39,511 bases of DNA from Nemertoderma westbladi (lineage: Eukaryota > Animalia > Xenacoelomorpha): contig JAUCBJ010001908.1 of the NCBI GenBank assembly GCA_032718475.1, positions 1 through 39,511 of the forward strand, in the 5' to 3' direction. The notes beneath the pieces were generated by a model. The model ran no database searches, was not told the DNA's origin, and saw only the letters and a list, made by a program, of their open reading frames with translations. Position numbers and translations under genes: made by a program. Below, piece after piece: positions 12,758 to 26,900 of the stretch (position 1 is its first letter; the number at the start of each line of letters is the position of its first letter).

Positions 12758-12766
12758 TGGCGCAGT
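12758..12766 (+). promoter_or_regulatory. Primer binding site (TGGCGCAGT, possibly tRNA-Ser type)
   Basis: TGG immediately follows the 5' LTR; tRNA identity is inferred from only 9 nt. Confidence 0.65.
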
Positions 12767-13126
12767 GTGTACAAAACCTAAGTTACGATTATTAAGTTAC
12801 GATTGATGGATGTTGTTGGCAGTCCTGCCGCTATCTGTGCTATTACGGGATTTTCAAGTGCCGCCGTATTCGCTTCCCAACTCAACAGAAGCTACTCACA
12901 TCACAGTTGCTGGTCTCGGGATAAGATGTTTACAGGTCTGAAATAACTCGAATACTTCGGTAAGGTGGAATTAACAAATGAATGTCGGACTATTAAGGTA
13001 ACTGTGTGTTAATTATTGAACACAGACTGAATTATTTATATTGTGCTTAATATTACGATCTTGCTATTTATTGTTTATATTTTCACATGTAATTTGTGCT
13101 TTAACCCAAGATCGCTTAAAACAAAA

Positions 13127-16100
13127 ATGTCTGACATTGTAAGTTTGAAAAAATTGTTAGCAAACAACCGTCGAAATTTTACACGTATGGCGAACACTTG
13201 CCAAACTGCTATCCAACAACAAGTAGTGTCACCTCAGGATATTTTGCGTTTGAGAGCAAATGTATCTCGGATGCAGACATACTTGGAGAGAATATCTTCT
13301 TTAATAGAAGATATTGTTATTTTATTACCAGAAGGAGAAATTGAAAAATTTTCTGACACTTCAGAGGATGACACATCTGATAAAATTGCAACACTAAACC
13401 ACATATCACAATTTATTGATTCTTTATCAATATCACCTGTTAATACTCACGAAATGACACCCAGGCCATCGACAGGATCTGCTACACAAAGTACTATTGC
13501 CAAAACTGCAGCTACACATGCACCGAAACCTTGTGGACGTGACATTACTTTAAATGAGTTTCATGAGTGGCGTGAAACTTGGAATGATTATGTGACACTT
13601 GTACACCTGTATGAATTGCCGCGAGGTGAACAATGTGCAGCATTGCGGCGTTGCTTAAGCCAAGAGGTTAAGGACGTGTTAACCTATGCTGTCACAATTC
13701 CTGCTATAGATGTAAATAATCCAACAGTGGAAGAAACACTGGCAGCTTTGCAAAAATATTTTCAGGACAACAGAGATTTAGCTAGGCTAAGGCAAGCATT
13801 TGAACGCCGGGTGCAACATGAAGGTGAAAAATTTGATGAATATCTGGTGGCATTACGAAAGTTAGGACGTGATGCAGACTTATGTGAAAAATGTTTTAAT
13901 ACAAGGATTGGTGACCGTATAAGGGTAGGTCTGTCTGATGAGGAAATTCGCAGGAAATTAATGGCTATACGTCCATATCCAGACCTTGAGGAGGTTATTG
14001 CCTTTTGTCGCCGTGAAGAGGCAGCAATTGCTAATGCATCAGCAAGTAATGCTGCTGTGAATAAAATTAATTCAAATGGAAATCGTGGACGCTCATTTAG
14101 TCAAAAACGTTATCAATGGAAACAAAGAAACGCCAGTAAAAACCGCTCTCAGTCTCGTGACCGACAATGCCAGAAATGTGGTCGGTACCGGCATTCAGCA
14201 ACCACTGAATGCCCTGCTAAGACAACCAAATGCACTATTTGTGGCAAATATGGCCATTGGGCTCCTTGTTGCTACCATAAGGGTAAGAAACAAGGATACT
14301 CAAAGGATACCAGTGCGGGTGCAGTGACTGTATGTAAAGCAGCAACTTCGGAGTGCAACCCCCCACATGTTATCGTTTCCGTTAGGTATAAGTCACTAGC
14401 CGAGGATTTTCGTGCAACGCCAGATACTGGTGCTGGTGTAACCATTATGTCAAAAAGTAAATATCTCCAACTAGGTTTGTCAAAAGACATGCTAGAAAAT
14501 TGCGAGATAAAACTTTTTGCTGCTAATGGTGGGAATTTAAATATCTTAGGAAAGATATCCCTTAATGTTCAATATTGCAAGTTGTCTGCTACAACTGATG
14601 TTTACATAGCATCCAATGCTACTGACTTCCTTTTAGATTGGAATCTGTGCAGAAACTTGGGTATTGTACCGAAGGATTATCCTTCGCAAATAACGAGAAT
14701 TCCCTGTGAGATAAATACGGCTTGCAGCGCCGTCACTCACACTTCAAATATTGATCAAATTAAAGATGCCTTATTGAAGGAATTCTCTGATGTAATTGTT
14801 GATCCCTCTGTAGCTTCGGGCAATATTCTCAAACCAATGGTTGGTAATCCCATGCGAATTCATGTGAGACAGGGGGCTGTGCCTTTTACGTTATCGACGG
14901 CACGACAAATAGCTCTTCCTCTGCGTGATAAGGCTAAATTAGAGGTAGAGAAAATGTTAAAAACGGGTATAATTGAAAGAGTTGGCGATGAGCCATCAAC
15001 CTGGTGTCATCCAATGGTTGCTACTACGAAACCAAACAATGGTGTTAGAATCTGCGTCGATTTCACTCGGCTTAATAAATATTGTGAAAGACCATTGCAT
15101 CCACAGATGACTCCCAAAGAGGCTGTAGACAAGGTGCGTCCTGGTGATTGCTTCTTTTCAACACTAGATGCCTTAAAAGGATATTGGCAGGTTGAGCTAG
15201 ATGAACGGGATCGCCATTACACGACATTTATTTGTCCGGAAGGTCGGTTTCGTTACCTGCGTGCACCAATGGGTTTGTTGTCTACAGGAGACGAATTTAA
15301 CAGACGTGGAGACCTAGCACTGACAGGCGTTGGAAATGTCGAAAAAGTGGTAGATGACTTAATGATCCATACGTCTACTTTGGAAGCACATATTGCATCA
15401 ATGAGGAAGGTGCTCCAGCGTTGCCGTGAAAATGGCATAACTCTTAATGCTGATAAGTTTGTTTTCGCGCAGTCAGAGGTAAAGTATGTTGGCTTTATAG
15501 TGGGAGCATCGGGTATTAAAGCAGATCCATCTAAGGTATCCGCTATCAAAGAATTTCCCCAACCGAGTAACATATCAGAGTTGCGCTCATTCCTAGGCCT
15601 AGTGAATCAATTAGGGCATTTTTCATCTAAGATTTCAGGTGCTGCTGAGCCACTACGTCCACTGCTGTCCAAACGAAACATATATGAATGGAATGAATTA
15701 CACTCAAAAGCATTCCAATCTGTTAAAGATGCATTGTCGTCGCCACCTATTTTACAAAGTTTTGACGTAGCAGCTAGGACAATACTTCAAACGGATGCCT
15801 CACGTTTGAAGGGATTAGGTTTCGTTTTACTCCAACAAGATTCTACAGAAAACATTCGTTTAATACAATGTGGATCCAGATTTATCTCTAATACAGAATC
15901 CCGCTACGCTACTTGTGAGTTGGAGATGCTAGCAGTAGCTTGGGCAATGAGAAAATGTCGGTTATATTTGACTGGATTACCCAAGTTTGAGCTTTATGTA
16001 GACCATAAACCACTAATCCCTATTCTAAATGATAAGGGACTTGACGATATAAATAATCCTCGTTTAATGAGATTAAAAGAGAAACTATCTCCATTTTCTT

Positions 16101-17521
16101 TTGTAGCTGATTGGGTCAAGGGTTCACAACATATAATTCCCGATGCACTTTCTAGGGCGCCAGTTAGCAACCCAGAATCAGATGATCAGTTAGCAGAAAC
16201 TGACTTTCATGATGTAGTGAATATCGCAATGATCCAAATTAACAATGATGCTATGAAACCCCATCCTACTGACCTCTCTCTACAGCAATTATGTTCAGCC
16301 GCCAATTCTGATCCTATTTATTTGGATTTAATCAACCTTGTTATCACAGGATTTCCCAAGGATAGGAAAAATATTCCTGCAGAATTACTGCCTTTCTGGA
16401 ATATAAGAGATGAACTGTCAGTCCAGCATGGGTTAGTTATACTTGGTACTAGAATAGTAGTGCCAGTATCATGTCGTAGGGATGTATTAGGACGACTGCA
16501 TGACAGTCACCAAGGTGAGGAAAGGACGAAACGTAGAGCTCGCCAAGCTGTATTTTGGCCAGCAATTAATTCTGACATTACAAACTTGGTTCGTTCGTGC
16601 TCAGAGTGCCAACAACGGCGTGCATCGCTTCCCGCCGAACCATTACAAACAGATGCAATGGCGACATATCCTTTTGAAGAAACTTCTGCGGATATATTTT
16701 ATTATAGCAACCAAGCCTATATGGTATATATTGACCGTCTTTCAGGATGGCCAATTGTTGCAATGTGGAAACACGAACCAAATTCTGATGACGTCATCAG
16801 GTGTTTATCACATTTCTTTTCGGATACAGGTGTTCCCGTTAAATTTCGTTCGGATCAGGGACCTCAGTTTGGATCGAAGAAATTTAAAGACTTCATGAAA
16901 ATTTGGAATATCAAACATTGTATGTCTGCACCGCACTTTCCATCCAGCAATGGGTTGGCTGAAGCTGCTGTACGTAGTATAAAGCACTTAGTTGCAACTA
17001 CACAGAGTGGAGACATTACCCATCCCGACTTCCATAAAGGGATGCTTGAATATCGCAATACACCTCGCGACTGTGGATTATCACCGGCACAGGTAATTTA
17101 TGGACAATGTTTGCGATCCTGTGTACCAACCTTGCGTGATGAATTCGACAACCGATGGAAGAAATTAGCAAATATCCGTGACAAGAAAGCTTTACTCAAC
17201 AGCGCCGAAGAAGGGCGACAACTACAATCTCTTACAAAAGGCGATACTGTGTGGGTACAAAACAGAGGGACAAAGAAGTGGGATTCGAAAGGAGACATAG
17301 TTCATGTTGACGGCAGAAATTATAACATAAAGATGGCAAACGGCAGAGTTCTAAAACGTAATAGACGGCATATAAAAATGTATTATTTCATTCCATATTC
17401 TACTCCTAAAGTTCACAAGACTGTCAGATTCAGTGAACCCGTATACATAGACCCCCCTGTACCAAGTTTACGGCGTGGAAGTCGCAATAAGAAGCCGCCA
17501 AACTATTATGGTATGAAATAG
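13127..17521 (+). CDS. gag-pol: Gag-Pol polyprotein (ATG at 13127; ORF track starts at 13043)
   Basis: Two zinc knuckles (CQKCGRYRHSATTEC, CTICGKYGHWAPCC), protease PDTGA, RT RICVDF..LDALKGYWQ..KVVDD, RNase H LQTDAS..ELEMLA..DHKPL..PDALSR, integrase HHCC and D,D,E (SADIF, SDQGPQF, GLAEAAV); no stops. Confidence 0.96.
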   Translation: MSDIVSLKKLLANNRRNFTRMANTCQTAIQQQVVSPQDILRLRANVSRMQTYLERISSLIEDIVILLPEGEIEKFSDTSEDDTSDKIATLNHISQFIDSLSISPVNTHEMTPRPSTGSATQSTIAKTAATHAPKPCGRDITLNEFHEWRETWNDYVTLVHLYELPRGEQCAALRRCLSQEVKDVLTYAVTIPAIDVNNPTVEETLAALQKYFQDNRDLARLRQAFERRVQHEGEKFDEYLVALRKLGRDADLCEKCFNTRIGDRIRVGLSDEEIRRKLMAIRPYPDLEEVIAFCRREEAAIANASASNAAVNKINSNGNRGRSFSQKRYQWKQRNASKNRSQSRDRQCQKCGRYRHSATTECPAKTTKCTICGKYGHWAPCCYHKGKKQGYSKDTSAGAVTVCKAATSECNPPHVIVSVRYKSLAEDFRATPDTGAGVTIMSKSKYLQLGLSKDMLENCEIKLFAANGGNLNILGKISLNVQYCKLSATTDVYIASNATDFLLDWNLCRNLGIVPKDYPSQITRIPCEINTACSAVTHTSNIDQIKDALLKEFSDVIVDPSVASGNILKPMVGNPMRIHVRQGAVPFTLSTARQIALPLRDKAKLEVEKMLKTGIIERVGDEPSTWCHPMVATTKPNNGVRICVDFTRLNKYCERPLHPQMTPKEAVDKVRPGDCFFSTLDALKGYWQVELDERDRHYTTFICPEGRFRYLRAPMGLLSTGDEFNRRGDLALTGVGNVEKVVDDLMIHTSTLEAHIASMRKVLQRCRENGITLNADKFVFAQSEVKYVGFIVGASGIKADPSKVSAIKEFPQPSNISELRSFLGLVNQLGHFSSKISGAAEPLRPLLSKRNIYEWNELHSKAFQSVKDALSSPPILQSFDVAARTILQTDASRLKGLGFVLLQQDSTENIRLIQCGSRFISNTESRYATCELEMLAVAWAMRKCRLYLTGLPKFELYVDHKPLIPILNDKGLDDINNPRLMRLKEKLSPFSFVADWVKGSQHIIPDALSRAPVSNPESDDQLAETDFHDVVNIAMIQINNDAMKPHPTDLSLQQLCSAANSDPIYLDLINLVITGFPKDRKNIPAELLPFWNIRDELSVQHGLVILGTRIVVPVSCRRDVLGRLHDSHQGEERTKRRARQAVFWPAINSDITNLVRSCSECQQRRASLPAEPLQTDAMATYPFEETSADIFYYSNQAYMVYIDRLSGWPIVAMWKHEPNSDDVIRCLSHFFSDTGVPVKFRSDQGPQFGSKKFKDFMKIWNIKHCMSAPHFPSSNGLAEAAVRSIKHLVATTQSGDITHPDFHKGMLEYRNTPRDCGLSPAQVIYGQCLRSCVPTLRDEFDNRWKKLANIRDKKALLNSAEEGRQLQSLTKGDTVWVQNRGTKKWDSKGDIVHVDGRNYNIKMANGRVLKRNRRHIKMYYFIPYSTPKVHKTVRFSEPVYIDPPVPSLRRGSRNKKPPNYYGMK

Positions 17522-17567
17522 AAATAAGTCTTCAGATCTCCAAAATTTTAAAATTATTTACGATCTT

Positions 17568-17575
17568 GGGGGAGG
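17568..17575 (+). promoter_or_regulatory. Polypurine tract
   Basis: gggggagg directly precedes the 3' LTR. Confidence 0.75.
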
Positions 17576-17908
17576 TGATGGGTTAATTGCCTTATTTAGA
17601 GTAGATCATTATTATTGTACATTCATTAGTGAATAAACTCTAAGCATTTATTAGTAACAATATTCGCCACATATAATATATTGCTTGTACATTACGATTA
17701 CCCGACATAGCCCACTTCCTATGTTGGGATAAATCATTCAGCTGAATATAATATCTTGATGAGTTTACTGGTGGTGGTTAAAATGGATTTAAGTAAAATG
17801 ATTGTTATATTTATTATTGTAACTTCGGATTAAATTAAATGTATTAATTGTTTATACATTCTGTATTTTATTATTTTGTACCTGTGGATAAATTCCACAA
17901 ACATATCA
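17576..17908 (+). repeat. 3' LTR
   Basis: 333 bp; no differences from the 5' LTR seen by eye. Confidence 0.97.
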
Positions 17909-20900
17909 CTAACTAATATTGTGCTAACAACTGAATTACAGTGTAATCAAATTATATAACAAGGTGTAACCAATATTGGTGAGTGTTTATATTATGTGGC
18001 TAACTAATATTGTGCTACCAACTGAACTACAGCGTAATCAAATTATATAACAAGGTGTAACCAATATTGGTGAGTGTTTATATTATGTGGCTAACTAATA
18101 TTGTGCTAACTGAACTCAGTGTAATAAATTATATGATAAGGTGTAACCAATATTGGTGAGTGTGTATATTATGTGGCTAACTAATATTGTGCTAACAACT
18201 GAATTACAGTGTAATCAAATTATATAACAAGGTGTAACCAATATTGGTGAGTGTGTATATTATGTGGCTAACTAATATTGTGCTAACAACTGAATTACAG
18301 TGTAATCAAATTATATAACAAGGTGTAACCAATATTGGTGAGTGTGTATATTATGTGGCTAACTAATATTGTGCTAACAACTGAATTACAGTGTAATCAA
18401 ATTATATAACAAGGTGTAACCAATATTGGTGAGTGTGTATAGTATGTGGCTAACTAATATTGTGCTAACAACTGAACTACAGTGTAATCAAATTATATAA
18501 CAAGGTGTAACCAATATTGGTGAGTGTGTATATTATGTGGCTAACTAATATTGTGCTAACAACTGAATTACAGTGTAATCAAATTATATAACAAGGTGTA
18601 ACCAATATTGGAGAGTGTGTATATTATCGGGCTAACTAATATTGTGCTAACAACTGAATTACAGTGTAATCAAATTATATAACAAGGTGTAACCAATATT
18701 GGTGAGTGTTTATATTATGTGGCTAACTAATATTGTGCTAACTGAACTCAGTGTAATAAATTATATGATAAGGTGTAACCAATATTGGTGAGTGTGTATA
18801 TTATGTGGCTAACTAATATTGTGCTAACAACTGAATTACAGTGTAATCAAATTATATAACAAGGTGTAACCAATATTGGTGAGTGTGTATATTATGTGGC
18901 TAACTAATATTGTGCTAACAACTGAATTACAGTGTAATCAAATTATATAACAAGGTGTAACCAATATTGGTGAGTGTGTATATTATGTGGCTAACTAATA
19001 TTGTGCTAACAACTGAATTACAGTGTAATCAAATTATATAACAAGGTGTAACCAATATTGGTGAGTGTGTATAGTATGTGGCTAACTAATATTGTGCTAA
19101 CAACTGAACTACAGTGTAATCAAATTATATAACAAGGTGTAACCAATATTGGTGAGTGTGTATATTATGTGGCTAACTAATATTGTGCTAACAACTGAAT
19201 TACAGTGTAATCAAATTATATAACAAGGTGTAACCAATATTGGAGAGTGTGTATATTATGTGGCTAACTAATATTGTGCTAACAACTGAATTACAGTGTA
19301 ATCAAATTATATAACAAGGTGTAACCAATATTGGTGAGTGTGTATAGTATGTGGCTAACTAATATTGTGCTAACAACTGAACTACAGTGTAATCAAATTA
19401 TATAACAAGGTGTAACCAATATTGGTGAGTGTGTATATTTTCTGGCTAACTAATATTGTGCTAACAACTGAACTACAGCGTAATCAAATTATATAACAAG
19501 GTGTAACCAATATTGGTGAGTGTGTATAGTATGTGGCTAACTAATATTGTGCTAACAACTGAACTACAGTGTAATCAAATTATATAACAAGGTGTAACCA
19601 ATATTTGCGAGTGTCTATATTTTCTGGCTAACTAATATTGTGCTAACAACTGAACTACAGTGTAATCAAATTATATAACAAGGTGTAACCAATATTGGTG
19701 AGTGTTTATATTATGTGGCTAACTAATATTGTGCTAACAACTGAATTACAGTGTAATCAAATTATATAACAAGGTGTAACCAATATTGGTGAGTGTTTAT
19801 ATTATGTGGCTAACTAATATTGTGCTAACAACTGAATTACAGTGTAATCAAATTATATAACAAGGTCTAACCAATATTGGTGAGTGTTTATATTATGTGG
19901 CTAACTAATATTGTGCTAACAACTGAATTACAGTGTAATCAAATTATATAACAAGGTGTAACCAATATTGGTGAGTGTTTATATTATGTGGCTAACTAAT
20001 ATTGTGCTAACAACTGAACTACAGTGTAATCAAATTATATAACAAGGTGTAACCAATATTGGTGAGTGTTTATATTATGTGGCTAACTAATATTGTGCTA
20101 ACAACTGAATTACAGTGTAATCAAATTATATAACAAGGTGTAACCAATATTGGTGAGTGTGTATATTATGTGGCTAACTAATATTGTGCTAACAACTGAA
20201 TTACAGTGTAATCAAATTATATAACAAGGTGTAACCAATATTGGTGAGTGTGTATATTATGTGGCTAACTAATATTGTGCTAACAACTGAACTACAGTGT
20301 AATCAAATTATATAACAAGGTGTAACCAATATTGGTGAGTGTTTATATTATGTGGCTAACTAATATTGTGCTAACAACTGAATTACAGTGTAATCAAATT
20401 ATATAACAAGGTGTAACCAATATTGGTGAGTGTGTATATTATGTGGCTAACTAATATTGTGCTAACAACTGAATTACAGTGTAATCAAATTATATAACAA
20501 GGTGTAACCAATATTGGAGAGTGTTTATATTATGTGGCTAACTAATATTGTGCTAACAACTGAACTACAGCGTAATCAAATTATATAACAAGGTGTAACC
20601 AATATTGGTGAGTGTGTATATTATGTGGCTAACTAATATTCTGCTAACTGAACTATAGTTTAATCAATTATGTGATATAACAAGGTGTAACCAATATTTG
20701 CGAGTGTCTATATTTTCTGGCTAACTAATATTGTGCTAACAACTGAACTACAGTGTAATCAAATTATATAACAAGGTGTAACCAATATTTGCGAGTGTCT
20801 ATATTTTCTGGCTAACTAATATTGTGCTAACAACTGAACTACAGCGTAATCAAATTATATAACAAGGTGTAACCAATATTGGTGAGTGTGTATATTATGT

Positions 20901-23900
20901 GGCTAACTAATATTGTGCTAACAACTGAACTACAGTGTAATCAAATTATATAACAAGGTGTAACCAATATTGGTGAGTGTGTATATTATGTGGCTAACTA
21001 ATATTGTGCTAACAACTGAACTACAGTGTAATCAAATTATATAACAAGGTGTAACCAATATTGGTGAGTGTGTATATTATGTGGCTAACTAATATTGTGC
21101 TAACAACTGAATTACAGTGTAATCAAATTATATAACAAGGTGTAACCAATATTGGTGAGTGTTTATATTATGTGGCTAACTAATATTGTGCTAACAACTG
21201 AACTACAGCGTAATCAAATTATATAACAAGGTGTAACCAATATTGGTGAGTGTGTATATTATGTGGCTAACTAATATTCTGCTAACTGAACTATAGTTTA
21301 ATCAATTATGTGATATAACAAGGTGTAACCAATATTTGCGAGTGTCTATATTTTCTGGCTAACTAATATTGTGCTAACAACTGAACTACAGTGTAATCAA
21401 ATTATATAACAAGGTGTAACCAATATTTGCGAGTGTCTATATTTTCTGGCTAACTAATATTGTGCTAACAACTGAACTACAGCGTAATCAAATTATATAA
21501 CAAGGTGTAACCAATATTGGTGAGTGTGTATATTATGTGGCTAACTAATATTGTGCTAACAACTGAACTACAGTGTAATCAAATTATATAACAAGGTGTA
21601 ACCAATATTGGTGAGTGTGTATATTATGTGGCTAACTAATATTGTGCTAACAACTGAACTACAGTGTAATCAAATTATATAACAAGGTGTAACCAATATT
21701 GGTGAGTGTGTATATTATGTGGCTAACTAATATTGTGCTAACAACTGAACTACAGTGTAATCAAATTATATAACAAGGTGTAACCAATATTGGTGAGTGT
21801 TTATATTATGTGGCTAACTAATATTGTGCTAACAACTGAATTACAGTGTAATCAAATTATATAACAAGGTGTAACCAATATTGGTGAGTGTGTATATTAT
21901 GTGGCTAACTAATATTGTGCTAACAACTGAATTACAGTGTAATCAAATTATATAACAAGGTGTAACCAATATTGGTGAGTGTGTATATTATGTGGCTAAC
22001 TAATATTGTGCTAACAACTGAACTACAGTGTAATCAAATTATATAACAAGGTGTAACCAATATTGGTGAGTGTTTATATTATGTGGCTAACTAATATTGT
22101 GCTAACAACTGAATTACAGTGTAATCAAATTATATAACAAGGTGTAACCAATATTGGTGAGTGTGTATATTATGTGGCTAACTAATATTGTGCTAACAAC
22201 TGAATTACAGTGTAATCAAATTATATAACAAGGTGTAACCAATATTGGTGAGTGTTTATATTATGTGGCTAACTAATATTGTGCTAACAACTGAACTACA
22301 GCGTAATCAAATTATATAACAAGGTGTAACCAATATTGGTGAGTGTGTATATTATGTGGCTAACTAATATTCTGCTAACTGAACTATAGTTTAATCAATT
22401 ATGTGATATAACAAGGTGTAACCAATATTTGCGAGTGTCTATATTTTCTGGCTAACTAATATTGTGCTAACAACTGAACTACAGTGTAATCAAATTATAT
22501 AACAAGGTGTAACCAATATTTGCGAGTGTCTATATTTTCTGGCTAACTAATATTGTGCTAACAACTGAACTACAGCGTAATCAAATTATATAACAAGGTG
22601 TAACCAATATTGGTGAGTGTGTATATTATGTGGCTAACTAATATTGTGCTAACAACTGAACTACAGTGTAATCAAATTATATAACAAGGTGTAACCAATA
22701 TTGGTGAGTGTGTATATTATGTGGCTAACTAATATTGTGCTAACAACTGAACTACAGTGTAATCAAATTATATAACAAGGTGTAACCAATATTGGTGAGT
22801 GTGTATATTATGTGGCTAACTAATATTGTGCTAACAACTGAACTACAGTGTAATCAAATTATATAACAAGGTGTAACCAATATTGGTGAGTGTTTATATT
22901 ATGTGGCTAACTAATATTGTGCTAACAACTGAATTACAGTGTAATCAAATTATATAACAAGGTGTAACCAATATTGGTGAGTGTGTATATTTTCTGGCTA
23001 ACTAATATTGTGCTACCAACTGAACTACAGCGTAATCAAATTATATAACAAGGTGTAACCAATATTGGAGAGTGTGTATATTATGTGGCTAACTAATATT
23101 GTGCTAACAACTGAATTACAGTGTAATCAAATTATATAACAAGGTGTAACCAATATTGGTGAGTGTGTATATTTTCTGGCTAACTAATATTGTGCTACCA
23201 ACTGAACTACAGCGTAATCAAATTATATAACAAGGTGTAACCAATATTGGTGAGTGTGTATATTTTCTGGCTAACTAATATTGTGCTACCAACTGAACTA
23301 CAGCGTAATCAAATTATATAACAAGGTGTAACCAATATTGGTGAGTGTGTATATTTTCTGGCTAACTAATATTGTGCTACCCAACTGAACTACAGCGTAA
23401 TCAAATTATATAACAAGGTGTAACCAATATTGGTGAGTGTGTATATTATGTGGCTAACTAATATTGTGCTAACAACTGAATTACAGTGTAATCAAATTAT
23501 ATAACAAGGTGTAACCAATATTGGTGAGTGTGTATATTATCGGGCTAACTAATATTGTGCTAACAACTGAACTACAGCGTAATCAAATTATATAACAAGG
23601 TGTAACCAATATTGGTGAGTGTGTATATTATGTGGCTAACTAATATTGTGCTAACAACTGAATTACAGTGTAATCAAATTATATAACAAGGTGTAACCAA
23701 TATTGGTGAGTGTGTATAGTATGTGGCTAACTAATATTCTGCTAACTGAACTATAGTTTAATCAATTATGTGATATAACAAGGTGTAACCAATATTTGCG
23801 AGTGTCTATATTTTCTGGCTAACTAATATTGTGCTACCAACTGAACTACAGCGTAATCAAATTATATAACAAGGTGTAACCAATATTGGTGAGTGTTTAT

Positions 23901-26900
23901 ATTATGTGGCTAACTAATATTGTGCTAACAACTGAATTACAGTGTAATCAAATTATATAACAAGGTGTAACCAATATTGGAGAGTGTGTATATTATGTGG
24001 CTAACTAATATTGTGCTAACAACTGAACTACAGTGTAATCAAATTATATAACAAGGTGTAACCAATATTGGTGAGTGTTTATATTATGTGGCTAACTAAT
24101 ATTGTGCTAACAACTGAACTACAGTGTAATCAAATTATATAACAAGGTGTAACCAATATTGGTGAGTGTTTATATTATGTGGCTAACTAATATTGTGCTA
24201 ACAACTGAACTACAGCGTAATCAAATTATATAACAAGGTGTAACCAATATTGGTGAGTGTGTATATTATGTGGCTAACTAATATTCTGCTAACTGAACTA
24301 TAGTTTAATCAATTATGTGATATAACAAGGTGTAACCAATATTTGCGAGTGTCTATATTTTCTGGCTAACTAATATTGTGCTAACAACTGAACTACAGTG
24401 TAATCAAATTATATAACAAGGTGTAACCAATATTTGCGAGTGTCTATATTTTCTGGCTAACTAATATTGTGCTAACAACTGAACTACAGTGTAATCAAAT
24501 TATATAACAAGGTGTAACCAATATTTGCGAGTGTCTATATTTTCTGGCTAACTAATATTGTGCTAACAACTGAACTACAGCGTAATCAAATTATATAACA
24601 AGGTGTAACCAATATTGGTGAGTGTGTATATTATGTGGCTAACTAATATTGTGCTAACAACTGAACTACAGTGTAATCAAATTATATAACAAGGTGTAAC
24701 CAATATTGGTGAGTGTGTATATTATGTGGCTAACTAATATTGTGCTAACAACTGAACTACAGTGTAATCAAATTATATAACAAGGTGTAACCAATATTGG
24801 TGAGTGTGTATATTATGTGGCTAACTAATATTGTGCTAACAACTGAATTACAGTGTAATCAAATTATATAACAAGGTGTAACCAATATTGGTGAGTGTTT
24901 ATATTATGTGGCTAACTAATATTGTGCTAACAACTGAACTACAGCGTAATCAAATTATATAACAAGGTGTAACCAATATTGGTGAGTGTGTATATTATGT
25001 GGCTAACTAATATTCTGCTAACTGAACTATAGTTTAATCAATTATGTGATATAACAAGGTGTAACCAATATTTGCGAGTGTCTATATTTTCTGGCTAACT
25101 AATATTGTGCTAACAACTGAACTACAGTGTAATCAAATTATATAACAAGGTGTAACCAATATTTGCGAGTGTCTATATTTTCTGGCTAACTAATATTGTG
25201 CTAACAACTGAACTACAGCGTAATCAAATTATATAACAAGGTGTAACCAATATTGGTGAGTGTGTATATTATGTGGCTAACTAATATTGTGCTAACAACT
25301 GAACTACAGTGTAATCAAATTATATAACAAGGTGTAACCAATATTGGTGAGTGTGTATATTATGTGGCTAACTAATATTGTGCTAACAACTGAACTACAG
25401 TGTAATCAAATTATATAACAAGGTGTAACCAATATTGGTGAGTGTGTATATTATGTGGCTAACTAATATTGTGCTAACAACTGAACTACAGTGTAATCAA
25501 ATTATATAACAAGGTGTAACCAATATTGGTGAGTGTTTATATTATGTGGCTAACTAATATTGTGCTAACAACTGAATTACAGTGTAATCAAATTATATAA
25601 CAAGGTGTAACCAATATTGGTGAGTGTGTATATTATGTGGCTAACTAATATTGTGCTAACAACTGAATTACAGTGTAATCAAATTATATAACAAGGTGTA
25701 ACCAATATTGGTGAGTGTGTATATTATGTGGCTAACTAATATTGTGCTAACAACTGAACTACAGTGTAATCAAATTATATAACAAGGTGTAACCAATATT
25801 GGTGAGTGTTTATATTATGTGGCTAACTAATATTGTGCTAACAACTGAATTACAGTGTAATCAAATTATATAACAAGGTGTAACCAATATTGGTGAGTGT
25901 GTATATTATGTGGCTAACTAATATTGTGCTAACAACTGAATTACAGTGTAATCAAATTATATAACAAGGTGTAACCAATATTGGTGAGTGTTTATATTAT
26001 GTGGCTAACTAATATTGTGCTAACAACTGAACTACAGCGTAATCAAATTATATAACAAGGTGTAACCAATATTGGTGAGTGTGTATATTATGTGGCTAAC
26101 TAATATTCTGCTAACTGAACTATAGTTTAATCAATTATGTGATATAACAAGGTGTAACCAATATTTGCGAGTGTCTATATTTTCTGGCTAACTAATATTG
26201 TGCTAACAACTGAACTACAGTGTAATCAAATTATATAACAAGGTGTAACCAATATTTGCGAGTGTCTATATTTTCTGGCTAACTAATATTGTGCTAACAA
26301 CTGAACTACAGCGTAATCAAATTATATAACAAGGTGTAACCAATATTGGTGAGTGTGTATATTATGTGGCTAACTAATATTGTGCTAACAACTGAACTAC
26401 AGTGTAATCAAATTATATAACAAGGTGTAACCAATATTGGTGAGTGTGTATATTATGTGGCTAACTAATATTGTGCTAACAACTGAACTACAGTGTAATC
26501 AAATTATATAACAAGGTGTAACCAATATTGGTGAGTGTGTATATTATGTGGCTAACTAATATTGTGCTAACAACTGAACTACAGTGTAATCAAATTATAT
26601 AACAAGGTGTAACCAATATTGGTGAGTGTTTATATTATGTGGCTAACTAATATTGTGCTAACAACTGAATTACAGTGTAATCAAATTATATAACAAGGTG
26701 TAACCAATATTGGTGAGTGTGTATATTTTCTGGCTAACTAATATTGTGCTACCAACTGAACTACAGCGTAATCAAATTATATAACAAGGTGTAACCAATA
26801 TTGGAGAGTGTGTATATTATGTGGCTAACTAATATTGTGCTAACAACTGAATTACAGTGTAATCAAATTATATAACAAGGTGTAACCAATATTGGTGAGT

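Larger units (their letters stand above)
12425..17908 (+). mobile_element. Full-length Ty3/Gypsy LTR retrotransposon, probably Mag-like
   Basis: Two 333-bp TG..CA LTRs, 5-bp TSD CTAAC (12420-12424, 17909-17913), PBS, PPT and a single gag-pol ORF with PR-RT-RH-IN order. Confidence 0.97.

Noticed and set aside
13043-13126. Hydrophobic leader on Gag
   Set aside because: Depends on a GTG start in AT-rich UTR; the first ATG is at 13127
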